From Chiloscyllium plagiosum (lineage: Eukaryota), in the NCBI RefSeq assembly GCF_004010195.1, contig NC_057719.1:36767442-36831441 (forward strand): a stretch of DNA of 64,000 bases, given 5' to 3'. This document shows positions 24,160 through 37,300 of this stretch, piece after piece (the first letter of the stretch is position 1; the number at the start of each line of letters is the position of its first letter). A model generated the notes under the pieces. It was not told the DNA's origin, did not search any database, and worked only from the letters and a program-made list of their open reading frames with translations. A program made the position numbers and the translations under genes.

Positions 24160-24475
24160 TAGGTTAGATGAGAATCCCTACAGTGTGGAAACAGACCCTT
24201 CGGCCCAACAGATCCACACTGACCCTCCAAAGAGTAACCTACCCAGACCCATTTCCCTCTTGACTAATGACTTATGGGCAATTTAGCATGGCCAATTCAC
24301 CTGGCCAGCACATATTTGGACTGTGGGAGGAAACCAGAGCACCCGGAGGAAACCCACGCAGACCTGGGGAGAATGTGCAAACTCCACACAGACAGTCACC
24401 CGGGGCTGAAATTGAACCTGAAACCCTGGAGCTGTGAGGCAGCAATGCTAACCACTGAGCCACCATGCTGCCCGC
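24160..24475 (-). mobile_element. HE1-type V-SINE within a decayed L2-like region (~24000-24870)
   Basis: Full HE1 sequence; flanking L2-like similarity is weak. Confidence 0.85.
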
Positions 24476-25509
24476 AGCAACTCATGGATGCCCAGATATC
24501 TAATGTTGAGCTGTAAGATCTGTTCTTTCTCATTCAGCACTGTGGTGCTGCAGTACAGTTGAAGATGGCCTCCTTTTGAGGTATAATGTTGTTTCCACAA
24601 GGACTGACTCCAACCAATGTTGTGAACAGATGTGTCAGTGAAAGATTGATTTAGTTAGAATTTTCTTAGTATCTGCCAGATTGGGGCAGATTTTTTCTTA
24701 AGGGCCTTGTCAATCATGGTGCTACTGAGTCAGTCTTGGTGTTGGACATTGAAGCACCCTCAATGCTTCTTCCAAACTGTGTTCACAATAGATGAGCACT
24801 GATTCATCAGCTGCATAATTAGAGTGTATCCTGGCCCATGTCTGACCTAACACCATAAGATTTTGTGACGTCTTTAACTTTTGAGATGAATTTTAGTCTT
24901 AAGAACTGATCACTAATATTGCAGTGTTTTGAGATGTTTGCTTCATCATTTCCTTCAAATGTTTGTCTAATTTACTTTACTCTGAATGGTATGGCCATTT
25001 TGGTTATTGCTTATGCGAAGCAGACCACACTGGCCCCTTGCCGACTCTGCTTCTGTTTCTTACATTCTTCTGCTTAGTGACAAACAATGTTTGTCTGTGC
25101 TGAGTCTCCAGTTTAGAGTTTAATCTTAGGATTGCAGGTGATATATTTTTGTACATATTGGTTTGAGGCGGTTTTATTTATTTTAAACTTTAGCTGACCT
25201 ACCCAGTTAAGTATTGTTGTTAATTGCTGTTGTGCCATAATTTATTTGCAATTATACTTGCATTTGAACTGTAGGTCTAATGACTGGGAAGTTGACAATT
25301 ATCAGGATATCATACCATCAAAATCAAAAAGTGCATGGCTAAAAAATACAGTATGATTTCCAAAATAATGTCACTTGATTAGTTATGTAGTGTAATCTAT
25401 CCCAATCTTTTTAGTAAAGATTTTGAATTTTGGTTTGCTAATGACCGTTAGCTGAATGCAGTGGTGGCTGTTGCTCACCGGTATCTTTCTCTATGTAATA
25501 GAGCAGAAT

Positions 25510-27330
25510 TAGAGCAGAAATGACTCTGGGAAATAAATAGCAAAAAGAGTTCACATTACAGAAGAGAAGGTCCTGAAGGTCTTAACACATAAAGGTAGAT
25601 GAATTTTGTGCGACCTGTCCCCCAGGACATTTTGAGAAGCTAAGGAAGAAATTGTGGGTCCTCTAGCAGAGATACTTGTACCATTGACAGGCATGGGTCA
25701 GATGCTAGAAGACTGGAGGGTGGCTAATGTTGTGCCATTACTTAAGGCTGCAAGGAAAAACCAGGGAACTACAGACTGGTCAACCTGAGTCAATGGTAAG
25801 TAAGTTGTTTGGGGGGGATTCTGAGAGACAGCATCTACATGCATTTGAAAAGGCATGGACTGATTAGAGGTAGTCAGCATGGTTTTGTGTTGGGAAAGCG
25901 TGTCTCAAATTTGAGTGAATTTTTTAGAGGTGACCAAGAAGATAGATGAAGGCAAAGCGGTAGACATTGTCTACATGGTCTTCAGCAAGGCTTTCAAAAA
26001 GGTTCCGCGTACTAGACTGGTTAGGAAGGATAAATTGCATGGGATCCAGGGAGACCTAGCCAACTGGATACAAAATTGGCTTCATGGTGGTGGGAGCCAG
26101 AGGGTGGTTGCAGAGGGTTGTTCAGACTGGAGGCCTGGATGACCAGCAGTGTGCTGCAAGGATCGATGCTGGGTCACTGTTTGTCATTTATAAAAATGAT
26201 TTGGATTAGAATATAGGAGATGGTTAATACGTCTGTAGGTAACACCAAAATTGGTGATATACTGGATAGTGAAGAAGGTTATCTAAGGGAACAATAGGAT
26301 CTTGATCAACTGGTCCAGTGAGCCAAGGAATGGCAGTTAGAGTTTAATTGAGATGTATGCAAGGTGCTACATTTAATTCAGTATCACAAGTTTGAAGGAC
26401 AAATTGCAAAATTATTTAAATTAGAGTCAAACTGCACAGAAGCAGACTTTTTGGCCTAACTCATCCATGCCAAACAGATTTCCTAAACTGAAATACTTCC
26501 AATTGCCTGCATTTGACCCATATCACTCTGAATCTTTCCTATCCATGTATCTATCCTAAAGTCTTTTAAAAAGACAAACCTGGCAGGACTTATATTGTTA
26601 ATGGTAAGGCCTGGGGGAGTGTTGTTGAACTGAAAGATCTAGGGGTGCAGATACATAGTTCCTGGAAAATGATGTCACCAGTAGACTGTGGTAAAGAAGG
26701 CATTTGGCACAATTGCCTTCATCGGTCAGAGCATTGAGTACAGAAGCGGAACATCATTTTAGGCTGTACAAGACATCAGTAATGCCACATTTGGAGTCCT
26801 GTGTACAATTCTGGTCGCCTTGCTTTAGAAAGTATATTATTAAACTGGAGAGGTACATAAAAAAAATTAACAAGAATGTTACCGAGCCTGGAGGGTTTCT
26901 GTTATAAGGAGGGGCTGGATAGACTGGGATGTTTTTCCCTTGGAGCATAGGAGGCTCAGGGGGTTACCTTTTATTGAGGTTTATAAAGTCATGAGGCACA
27001 CAGATGAGGTGAATAGCCAGGGTCTTTTCCTCAGGGTCGTGGAATCCAAAAACTGGAGAGCATAGGTTTAAGGTGAGGGGAAAAGATTTCAAAGGGACCT
27101 GCGTGGCAATGTTTTCACACAGAGGTTGGTACATATATGGAAGAAGCTGCCAGAAAAAGTGGTAAAAGTGAGTACAACATTTTAAAAGACTTTAGGATAG
27201 ATACATGGATAGGAAAGGTTCAGAGTGATATGGGTCAAATGCAGGCAAATGGGAGTATTTCAGTTTAGGAAATCTGTTTGGCATGGATGAGTTAGGCCAA
27301 AAAGTCTGCTTCTGTGCAGTTTGACTCTAA
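25510..27330 (+). mobile_element. CR1 LINE, RT through 3'UTR, decayed, interrupted by an inverted duplication
   Basis: DEGKAVDIVYMVFSKAFKKVP...WIQNWL...QRVV; CVQFWSP; 3'UTR ends ~27330. Confidence 0.92.
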
Positions 27331-27380
27331 TTTAAATAACTTTGCAATTTGTCCTTCAAACTTGTGATACTGAATTAAAT
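26371..27380. repeat. 201-bp inverted repeat, arms 26371-26571 and 27180-27380
   Basis: Arms are reverse complements with about 4 mismatches counted by eye; spacer ~608 bp. Confidence 0.95.
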
Positions 27381-28604
27381 TTCTCAGCCACCGTTTAATC
27401 AATGGATGCAGAACTTTGTTGAGGCTTTCTTCTGGACTAAATTGTGATTTCTGCTGATATTTGAGTTGGAGTCTAAAAGATCAACAGAATAGTTACATCC
27501 AGGTTCCATTCTGAGAGTTTTCTTGTAGAAGAAGTTCAATTTACATGGCTTCTTGTTTAAGTTGGGAATCTGCACTAAAATTAATGCCATCGCTGTATTG
27601 TAATACCCACAATAAATGATGTTTATCTCAGTATATGACGAAATGGAGATTTTCATTTGGTGTTAAATTGTTAATTTGAAGGCGTAGTAACATAAATATA
27701 AATAGAGTAGAAAATAGAAATTTTCTCCTATAAAATAAACATTGTTAATTAACTTCTGGGTTTCCATTGGCTAAACTCTGCTTTGTATTACAAACAATAG
27801 TATGGAGAGAAGAATAAAGAAAATTGTATGATTCAGGCTAGTAAAGCTAATGTAATCTACTTGCTTGATCTGTTTTTTGGCATGCATAATCTTTTTTTAA
27901 TGATGAAATAGTTTGCCAAATTCTAATGCTCAGCTTAACATTTGTCATGAAAGTATGTGACCTTACTTTGTTTCCTGCATTTGGGTGTGTTTTGCTACAA
28001 TAAAACATTTGAGTACAATTCGTAACTTGGTCCTTTAATGCCAAAGACAGATAACATAATCTATAATGCCTGTTATGAACTGCCAGCTTAAATGGAACAG
28101 TATACTTGGTTGTATTTTTCTTTCAGCTTTGCAAGAAAAAGATTCAGAACATTTCTGTTTTCTACCCCTCACCCCTATGCATATGTTTGTTCTGAATTGC
28201 AATTGTTTCACTCCTCTTGGTTTCTTCTCTATTCCTGGCCACCTTGTATAAAATCTTACCTGATTGTAGATTTTAAACTTATTACAGATATGCATTGGTA
28301 CTCTTCTCATAATTTTTCCATCAGTTTGAATAGCTTCAGTCCACCATAAATTTCAGTAACCTGAAATTATATTGTTAATGTCTGCTCTCCCTAAACATGT
28401 TGTTAAATTTCTAAAACCTCAATTTGTAAAGTTTTAATTTTGTTAAATGGAATATATTTTCCAGATTTAGTGCTATTTTCAATAGTAGCCTGCCAATTTA
28501 TTTTTGGTTTCAATTGGGAAATTTAGCTCAAAACATCCAGACTTGAATTTTCTTGCCTTTGATTATGCAACAACAAAAATATATCAACAATAATTACTTG
28601 AAAA

Positions 28605-30420
28605 TCATAAGACCATAAGATATGAGCAGAATTAGGCTACTCAACTCATCGAATCTGCTCTGCCATTCCAACCATATTTCTCAACCCCATTCTCCTGCCT
28701 TCTCTCCGTATCCCTTGATCCCCATTACTAATCAAGAACCCATGTTTCTGTCTTAAATTTACTCAATGACTTTGTCTCCACAATCTTCTGCAGCAATGGG
28801 TTCCACAGATTAACCGTCATCTGACTGAAAAAATTCCTCCTCATCTCAGTTCTAAAGGGTCATCCCTACACTTTGAAATACTCTGGTCCTAGTCTGTCCT
28901 ACGAGTGGCAACATCTTCTCACATCTACTCTATCCAGGACTCTTCATATTCAGTAGGTTTCAATCAGATCCCTCCTAATCCTTCTTATTTCTTAAGTACA
29001 GGCCCAGAGTCCACAACCACTCCTTATAGGACCAGCTCTTCATCCCCGGGATCATTCTTATAAACCATCTCTGGATCCTCTCCAACACCTTCCTTCGATA
29101 TGAAGCCCAAAACTGCTCATATTATTCCAAATATAGTCTGACTGGAATCTGATGCAGCCTCAGCAGTACACCTATAGTCTTGTATTCAATCCCCCTCAAA
29201 ATGAATGCTAACATTGCATTTGCCAACTAAATCTGCATGTTAATCTTAAGAGAATCCTAATAGTATTCCTAAGGCCCTTTGTGCTTCAGATTTCCAAAGT
29301 TTTTCCTTGTTTAGAAAATAGTCTGCGTCACTATTCTTTTTACCAAAGTGCATAAGCTCACACTTTCCCCTGTGTTGTTCCCACATCAGGATGCAGCATT
29401 ATATAAATGGTTTCTTTATTTTTGTCATGGATTTTTGAGGATTTGTTGGCCAACAGACTAGGCATGTAGGCCAATTTTCATGTCAGCAAACTGCATCTAG
29501 TCAGATGCTGGAGAGATCACTACTGGGGCTTTAACTATTAACAATCAGCTTAGGTGATGTGACCAAATGTATTGTCGCTATATTTGCTGATGATACTAAG
29601 GTTGGTAGTTTTAAAAAAAGGGTTGTGAAGAGGACATAAGGACTCGGTAAAGGGATATTAATAGGTTGGGTGCATGGGCAAAAAATGGCAGCGTACAACA
29701 TGGGAAATTGTGAACATCTTAATTTTGGCAGCAAGAATACATAAAATAGATGGCCTAATGGGGAGAACTTGCATAGCTGAGATACCGAGGGAGCTGGGTG
29801 TCCTGGTACATGCTTCACAAAGCTAAGATGCAGATATAGCAAGTGATTAGGAAAACAAATGGAGTGTTGTTTATTGCAAGGGGAATGGAGTATTAAAGTA
29901 GGAATGTTTTGCTGTAGTTGCATCGGGTACACCACTGGTGAAATATCGAGTATCCCATACAGTTTCAGTCTTAATTAAAATAACAGCATAATTGCATTAC
30001 AAATAGGTCAGCAAAGTCTTGCTTGACTGGATAATTCTGTTAATCCAGGAATCAACAAGGGAGGGTTGGAAGGTTGGATTTCTAACTATTGAGTTTAGAG
30101 GAATGAGAGGCAGTCTTATTAAAATATGTCAGATCTTGAGAGGACTTGATGAGATGAATACTGAAAAGATATTTATCCTTTATGAAAAAGATTGGAACTG
30201 GGGGCACAGTTTTAAAGGTACAGAATCTTCCATTTAAGACATACAAAGGGATTTCTTTTTGAGGGTTCTGAAAAATTTTAAATCTTATTTAGGTAGATTC
30301 TTGACTAACTTGGGATTTAAAGGGTGTCAGGGGTAGGCAGGAAAATATAGTTTATGTACCAATCAGATTACCAGTGATCTTGAATGACTAACCAGGCTGA
30401 ATGGCCTATTTGTATGATAG
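28605..30420. mobile_element. Two decayed CR1 3' fragments (minus ~28605-29370; plus ~29520-30420)
   Basis: CATAAGACCATAAGA tail; TTTGCTGATGATACTAAG (FADDTK) near 29583. Confidence 0.8.
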
Positions 30421-31056
30421 TATGTTGAAATATGTAATAACACTCCATTTCCTCTATAGCTGTATTATTGGAACATATTGATGTTGGTTCTAGAGGTCCG
30501 GCCATTTTGTTTCTTCAGTTCATAGAATACCATTTTAATGGAAGAAGTGCTGTTAATTACAAAATACCACTGGTATTCTAGCTACATGTTCTCAGTGCAA
30601 TGCGAAAATATTAATGTCTTCATGATAGTAATTCCCAAAATTCCAATAATCACAGTATCAACTAAAAAAGAAGTGCATCACACAATGTTATTTTATGCAC
30701 TTGTATTTTTAAAATTCATATGTTTTTTGTTTCTCTTCATTTGTGTAAAATTTGTTTTACAAGGTGCTAACTAAAATGAGTACCAGCCAGAACAGGAGTG
30801 ACTTTACAATGTAGAAAAACAAAAGCAGTTTATGCTTGCAGACAGAACTGACTATAGCAGTCAAGTTAGTGCTTTAGACATCTGGATCATTTTTGCATGG
30901 TCCAAGTGCTCACACTTGAGCCTAGCAGCAAGACTTGCAAAAACGTCATGGCAAACCACGAGTATTGGACTCTTCAAGGGAGAGGGTTCAGCTCAACTGG
31001 TTCTCCTCTTAAAATGCTACAGCAGATAATGGCACCTTCCATTCAGGGTAGCACTT

Positions 31057-31805
31057 ATGGAAATGTGTTGCTGGAAAAGCGCAGCAGGTCAGGCAGCATC
31101 GAGGGAACAGGAGAATCGACGTTTCAGGCATTAGCTGTCTCCCCAATATAGAGGAGGGCACACCGGCTGCAGCGGATGCAGTAGATAATGTGGGTCTCTG
31201 AATTGCTCCGCAAGTAGGCGGCCTGTCTCCCCAATATAGAGGAAGCCACATCGTGTGCAGAGGATGGAATAGATGATGTGTGTGGAGGTGCAGGTGAATT
31301 TGTGGCGGATATGGAAGTTTCCTTTGGGGCCTTGGAGGGAGGTTAGGGGGGAGGTGTGGGCGCAAGTCTTGCACCTCCTGCGGTTGCAGGGGAAGGTGCG
31401 GGGAGTGGAGGTTGGGTTGGTGGGGGGTGTGGATCTGACGAGGGAGTCGCGGAGGGAGTGGTCTTTACGGAATGCTGTTAGGGGAGGGGAGGGAAATATA
31501 TCCTTGGTGGTGGGGTCCGTTTGGAGGTAGCGGAAATGACGGCGGATGATGCGCTTTACATGGAGATTGGTGGGGTGGTAGGTGAGGACTAGTGGGGTTC
31601 TGTCCTGGTGGCGGTTGGAGGGGCGGGGTTCAAGGGCGGAGGAGCGGGAAGTGGAAGAGATGCGGTGGAGGGCATTGTCGACCACGTCGGGGGGGAAATT
31701 GCGGTCCTTGAGGAAGGAGGCCATCTGGGTTGTGCGTTTTTGGAACTGGTCCTCCTGGGAGCAGATGCGGCGGAGTCGAAGGAATTGGGAGAATGGGATG
31801 GCGAC
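31057..31805 (-). mobile_element. Penelope-like element fragment: RT thumb, CCHH linker, GIY-YIG N-terminus, truncated terminus
   Basis: ORF 31131-31811: IPFSQFLRLRRICS, PCNRRRCKTC, IIYSILCTRCGFLYIGETGR. Confidence 0.93.
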
Positions 31806-34340
31806 TACCAATCAGACAGAGTGCACTGCTGTGAAATTACTTTGAAATGCTAGCAAGCTAAACTAAGAAATAGAATAGCTATGAACAACTCGTGGGCGGA
31901 GTTGAACAATGCTGATTTGCCAGCAGAATGTTGCTATGATTTTACCTGATTCTAGCATACCAAGGAATTACAGACTCTCGAAGTGGTTTGACTTTTAGGT
32001 TTATCATATTATTCAAAGTTCCCAAATATACAATGTGTATTGTTCTTAAGGTTATCACCATGAGATCACAAGACATAAGAGCAGAAGTAGGCCATTCAGC
32101 TTATTTAATCTGATCTGCCATTCAATAAGATCATGGCTGATCTGATCATCCTCAATGCCATATTTCATTCTTTTCCCATAACCTTCAATTCCCTTACTAC
32201 ATAGTGACCCAGCCTCAACTGCCCTCTGTGGTAAAGAAGAAAGTGATTTTTGCGTTTTTTTTTGTGAAATCCATGCCCCTATCCCTCATGGATAATGAGA
32301 ACTGAGCATGTGTTGTCGTTTAACAGTGTGTCTGTAGTGATAGTGTCAAGCTGTAGTAGCATCACCTCAAGTTATTGCTTCATTGTGTTTCTTACTGTAA
32401 TCCTTGATTGCCTTTTTAAGACATGATAATGGTAAATCTTGCAATAATATTTGAAATTCACATTTTAGTTGGACTTGTGGCTTTATACATTTAAGTTTTT
32501 GATTTTATAATGAGAAAAACCGGTTAGAAATAAGACTAACTGAACCTGAATACAGATATGTTTAACAGAATGTTAACTAACTTTGCTTTCCTACTGAATA
32601 TAATAGTTGAAACCTTATAGATCCTCGTAATACTTTCAGGACATAATATCTCTTCTATGATTTTACACACCTAGAACATATTTCTATATATAGCCCCTCC
32701 CCCATCTTGTCAGTTTGGACATCTATGGTGGTTATGGTACAGGATTTGTCATTTGAGTAACTGAAAGTTATGTTTGTGTTTCTTCCAGCAAGCATAAAAT
32801 CATAATGAGCATTGTCATAAGGTCCCTGAGGGGATTGTTGCTGCTCTGTGTTCTCACATTTCTGCGTATATTCCATTATCGTTAAACAGACTTCTTAAAT
32901 TTACATGAGCAATTGCTACATGTTTAGGAAATTTATTTAACGATAAAAACTTTAACTATTTATCCTTTAAGGTATTGAGCCCTAGAGTTGAACTGATATT
33001 TCAGTATACCAAAACTTCTTGGAAAAGAAAAATTGTAACATTGACAAAGTGTACAGAATTTCCAGCTTATTTAGTTTTCCCCAACTGCCAAATTGAATAA
33101 TCCAAAAAGAAAGTTAAGGGCAGAATTTTCCAGACCTAGATGCAGTAGCCCTGTAGACGGGGAGGCAACTTAATTAAAGGGGTTGGTGATGTCCCAGAAC
33201 ATGTCGATTAATGACCACTCAAGGGTCTGTTTCCACCTGGGCTACAGTTGACCCATCTAACTGGTAAACCAGTGCATTCAGGTAGTTGGCTGGGAGTGCT
33301 TCTTTATCTGCACACTTAGTTGAGAGACTGTACAGAAGAAAACAGAGGTAGCGGTTGAGAATCACCCTCTGCTCTTGCTTCCAACTCCCCTGCATTCCAA
33401 ACCTCAGAAACGTCCTACCAGAAAATGCACTTAGTTGATATCCTAGTCCTCACAATGTTGAGTGCACTCCCAGCAGTAGCCGTAACCTTCGTGTGGGGCT
33501 GCCAACTTCTGATTGGCTAGCAGCTCTCGCTGAGTAGATTTCCACTTCTAGAACTTCTTTTCAGAGAAAAGCCGAAAATGCTTTCCAAAGTGCCTGATTG
33601 AAGGAACATATTTAATTCAATCTGAGAATGGGCCTTGCAGTCAAATGTCAGATCTGGTGCCTTGACACCTTTCCAGCAAGCTAACATAACACAGTATCTT
33701 TATAAAGGCTGTTAGCTAGACATGTCCTTACACGTTTAGGTTTTGGATCTTCTGCACGCCAAGTTGCTGAAAATACATACTGCAATAAGGGAAAACAAGC
33801 AAGCAACTTGACATCTAATGAATCGGACTATAGGAATGTGAAAATAACAGCCCAAACATTGTTGAACTGAAGTATAAGTAAGAAAAGGATTGCACAATTA
33901 AGAACATTGTATTATACAAATACTTACAAGATTGGATGTCTCGCACAGGAACAGGCTAAGTTCTTTAACTCATGCTGGAGTTTATACATGATTCATAAGT
34001 CTCCTTCTATTCCACCTACCTCATTTCAGTCTTTCAGCATGTTTTTCTTTTCCACTCTCTTTCAGTTAATTGCATTAATCGTTCACAAGGGATTGAATTT
34101 AACTGAGTAAAGAAATTTTCTGTTATCTATACTCATTTACCCTCTTAGGAACATTACAAATGAAAGTCTCGCCACATCTATCCCATCAGCTATTTCTAAT
34201 TTCAAAAGCCTTTCCGTTATTAGATCCTCTCTAAGATTTTATTCTAAAGAAGAAAACCCCAACATGATCAATCTTTCCCAATAGCTATCTTCTCTCAGTT
34301 CTAGTACCATAATTTTTTTAATGCTTTTTCCCAGTGCATC

Positions 34341-37300
34341 TGAAATAACTCCATAGAGACCAGTAGCCCATCACCAAGTTATCCTTTATTTACGTGAAAA
34401 GTCTTTGACACTGGTCCAGCTCTCTGAGCCAGCTTTCAGAGTGTCAGAATATCCGACACACACCTTTTTTTTTCTCCTATTTATTTTTTTCCTTTTTTTC
34501 TTTTACAAGGTGCACGAATCTTTACTCCGTTTCCACCAGACACACCTCTTTATCTGTCAGCCAGAGCTGTCTGATTGGACTAGCCCAACCGAGGATCTTT
34601 TCTGAGGTACACCTGGCTGACCTCGTTACAATCACTACATCCCTTCCCCTCTGAGTCAGAGGACATAGGCTGCTCTTTTTCTATACGTGTCTCCTGGGGC
34701 ATTTCAGCGCTGGGTTAGGTTCCTTCAACTCAATGTTAGATACGGGCAGCGTGTAACGCACAAAAGCTCGCCTTTTGCATTCGGAGAATCTTGGGAGAAA
34801 TTCACTCTTCTTCGGCAGCAAAGGCATTAATGTGGCAAGATCCACCATGTCCATCTCAGATTTGGACGTCTCTTCAACACTTGATGGAAAGGGAGGACCA
34901 ATGGGTTCAGATAGCCTTTTCCACTGTTCTGAGGGGCAGGGCATGTTTCGCTCCTAAACTATTTGTGAGTTCAGTTTTCATATGGTCCATGCTTGTTCAA
35001 GACTGTTGCTCCTAATTGAATTTTATACATCACTGGTCCTGACCTTGCATCAACCATGTCTCCCACCCATACAGGGCCTATGCCAAACTTTGCCTCTTAT
35101 CAAATGTCTATCTCATTTACCAGAGTTTGTGTCTGGCATTGGCGTTGCTGATGCCAATACACCCTCCCCACTCCGTATTTAGGAAGATCAAATTTGACCT
35201 GGGGCATCCTTCTCCCCATTAGAAACTCCTCTGGAGCCCTGCCTGTAGCTGCATGAAGACTGGTCATAGGAACCAGGACAGTTTGATATCTAACAAATTC
35301 TTCAAATTTGAGCTGGTCTTTCTGCTGGCCTGCTTAATGCTGGATGATAAGAATCTGTCTTAGTGTATCGCATTCCATCTGATTTTAGGAGATGCTCAAA
35401 TTCTTTGCTGGTAAATGATGGCCTGTTTTTTTGACCAACACTTTCAGGAGTCTGTGTATTGCAAAAGATGCACATTTTTCTATCATTGTCCCAGCGTTTG
35501 AAGAATGAACTCTATGCAAATCCAACCACTTTGAATGGGCATCTAAAATGACTAAGATCATTGAGCCCATGAAAGAATCATAGTTGACGTGTAACCAAAA
35601 GCTTTCAATTTTGGTTGTAATAGCCCATCACCAGCTGTGATTCAGTTTTGCCAGGACTTTTTGTTTTGCGTCTAAAGTCTGATGTTGTCAGTTGTGACTG
35701 GACATGTGCCCAGAAATTTGAAATCATTATGGACTCTTCCAGTGGTGGTACCACTGATGGTGTATCTGCCAATGGGAGGTGGCTAAATGCATCTGCATTC
35801 ACTAAGTGGCCTCCCTGGGCGATGTTCCAACTTGTAATTATATATAATTGTAGTCATTAGACCCAACTGCTGAATTCGGCCTGAAGGTATGGATGGCACT
35901 GCCTTGTCCTCTTGAAGCAGACCTGACCGGGGCCTTAGGTACATTATTATTACAAATGTACATCAATAAAGGTATTGGTGGAACTCCCTGACTCCAAATA
36001 TGATTGCTAAACCTTCCTTCTCTATCTTGGGTGTGTTTATGTTCTACATTTGTCAACATCCTGGATGCACTCGTTATTGGGTGTACCTCTCCATTGGGCC
36101 ACCTATGAGTCAAAACTAGCCCACTACTCTTCAGGGAGGCATTGCACATCAATACCAGATCTCACGTGGGATCATAGTGTGGCAACAACTTAAAGGAAGG
36201 ATTGCTGTTTCTTTACTTCCCTGAAAGCTAGGGCTATGTAACCACTTCCAAGGCTGACCCTTTTTTTTTGGATAGGTTAATGCAAAGGTGCCAGGATAGA
36301 GGTTAGCTTATGTATAAATATTCCATAATAATTCACCAGTCGTAGGAAAGATCTAAGGTATATGTTTGGTAGCCAAGGCAGCTTTGGTCTTGTCTACTCT
36401 GTAGCCCAGGTAAGTTGCTTGGGGTGCCTGGAACACACATTTGTCCCTCCTTAGAACTTGGACATAGACATTTGTCCCAGGTGGGCATACACCTAAGTGC
36501 TCCTTACTGATCTTTCCTGTTATTAGCACATCATCTAGATAAATGGTGATTTGTGGCAGACCTTGCAAAATTGTTTCCTTTGTCTGCTGAAAAATTGAAG
36601 AGGATGTACAGTTTCATGTATTGGCACAAACCCTTATGGAAATTAATTGTAGCATTCTTCTGTGAATATTCCTCTAACTACAGTTGCAAATATGCATGGC
36701 TCATGTCCAGCTCAGTTGGCATATGAATCTCTTTGCGAGGGATTGGCTACTTATCCAGCTTTGAAAAACTGTTTACTGTTTGTTTAAAATCTCCACAAAG
36801 GCGAACTGACCTGACTGGGTTCACAATCAGTACGACCAGAATTGCCCGTTCTGCAAACTGGGCTGGCTTGATACATTTGTTTTCCAGCCTTCTGATTTCA
36901 GCTTCTACCTTTGCCTGCAAGGCAAATGTCACTGGGCAGGCCTTGTAGAATCGTGGAATTATGCAAGGTGAGAAAGTGAGGACTATAGATGCTGGAGATG
37001 AGCGTCGAGAGCATGGTGCTGGAAAAGCACAGTCGGTCAGGCAGCATCTGAGGAGCAGGAGAGTCAACATTTTGGGCGTAAGCCTTTCATTAGGAATGAG
37101 TGGCTTTGGCTCCTTTTGATAGTCCTCAGACTTCGGGGTACTTAATTAGAGCTTGACTCAGACAGCCATTCTGTAATCGAAAAATATTGAGCCAATCTAG
37201 GTGAATCTCTCGAATCAATTTTACTCTATCAAGCTTAGGCCTGAGCTATTTACCACAGTCACTGATAATTGCTTTTCATAAGAGGCTGGAACTAAAGTTG

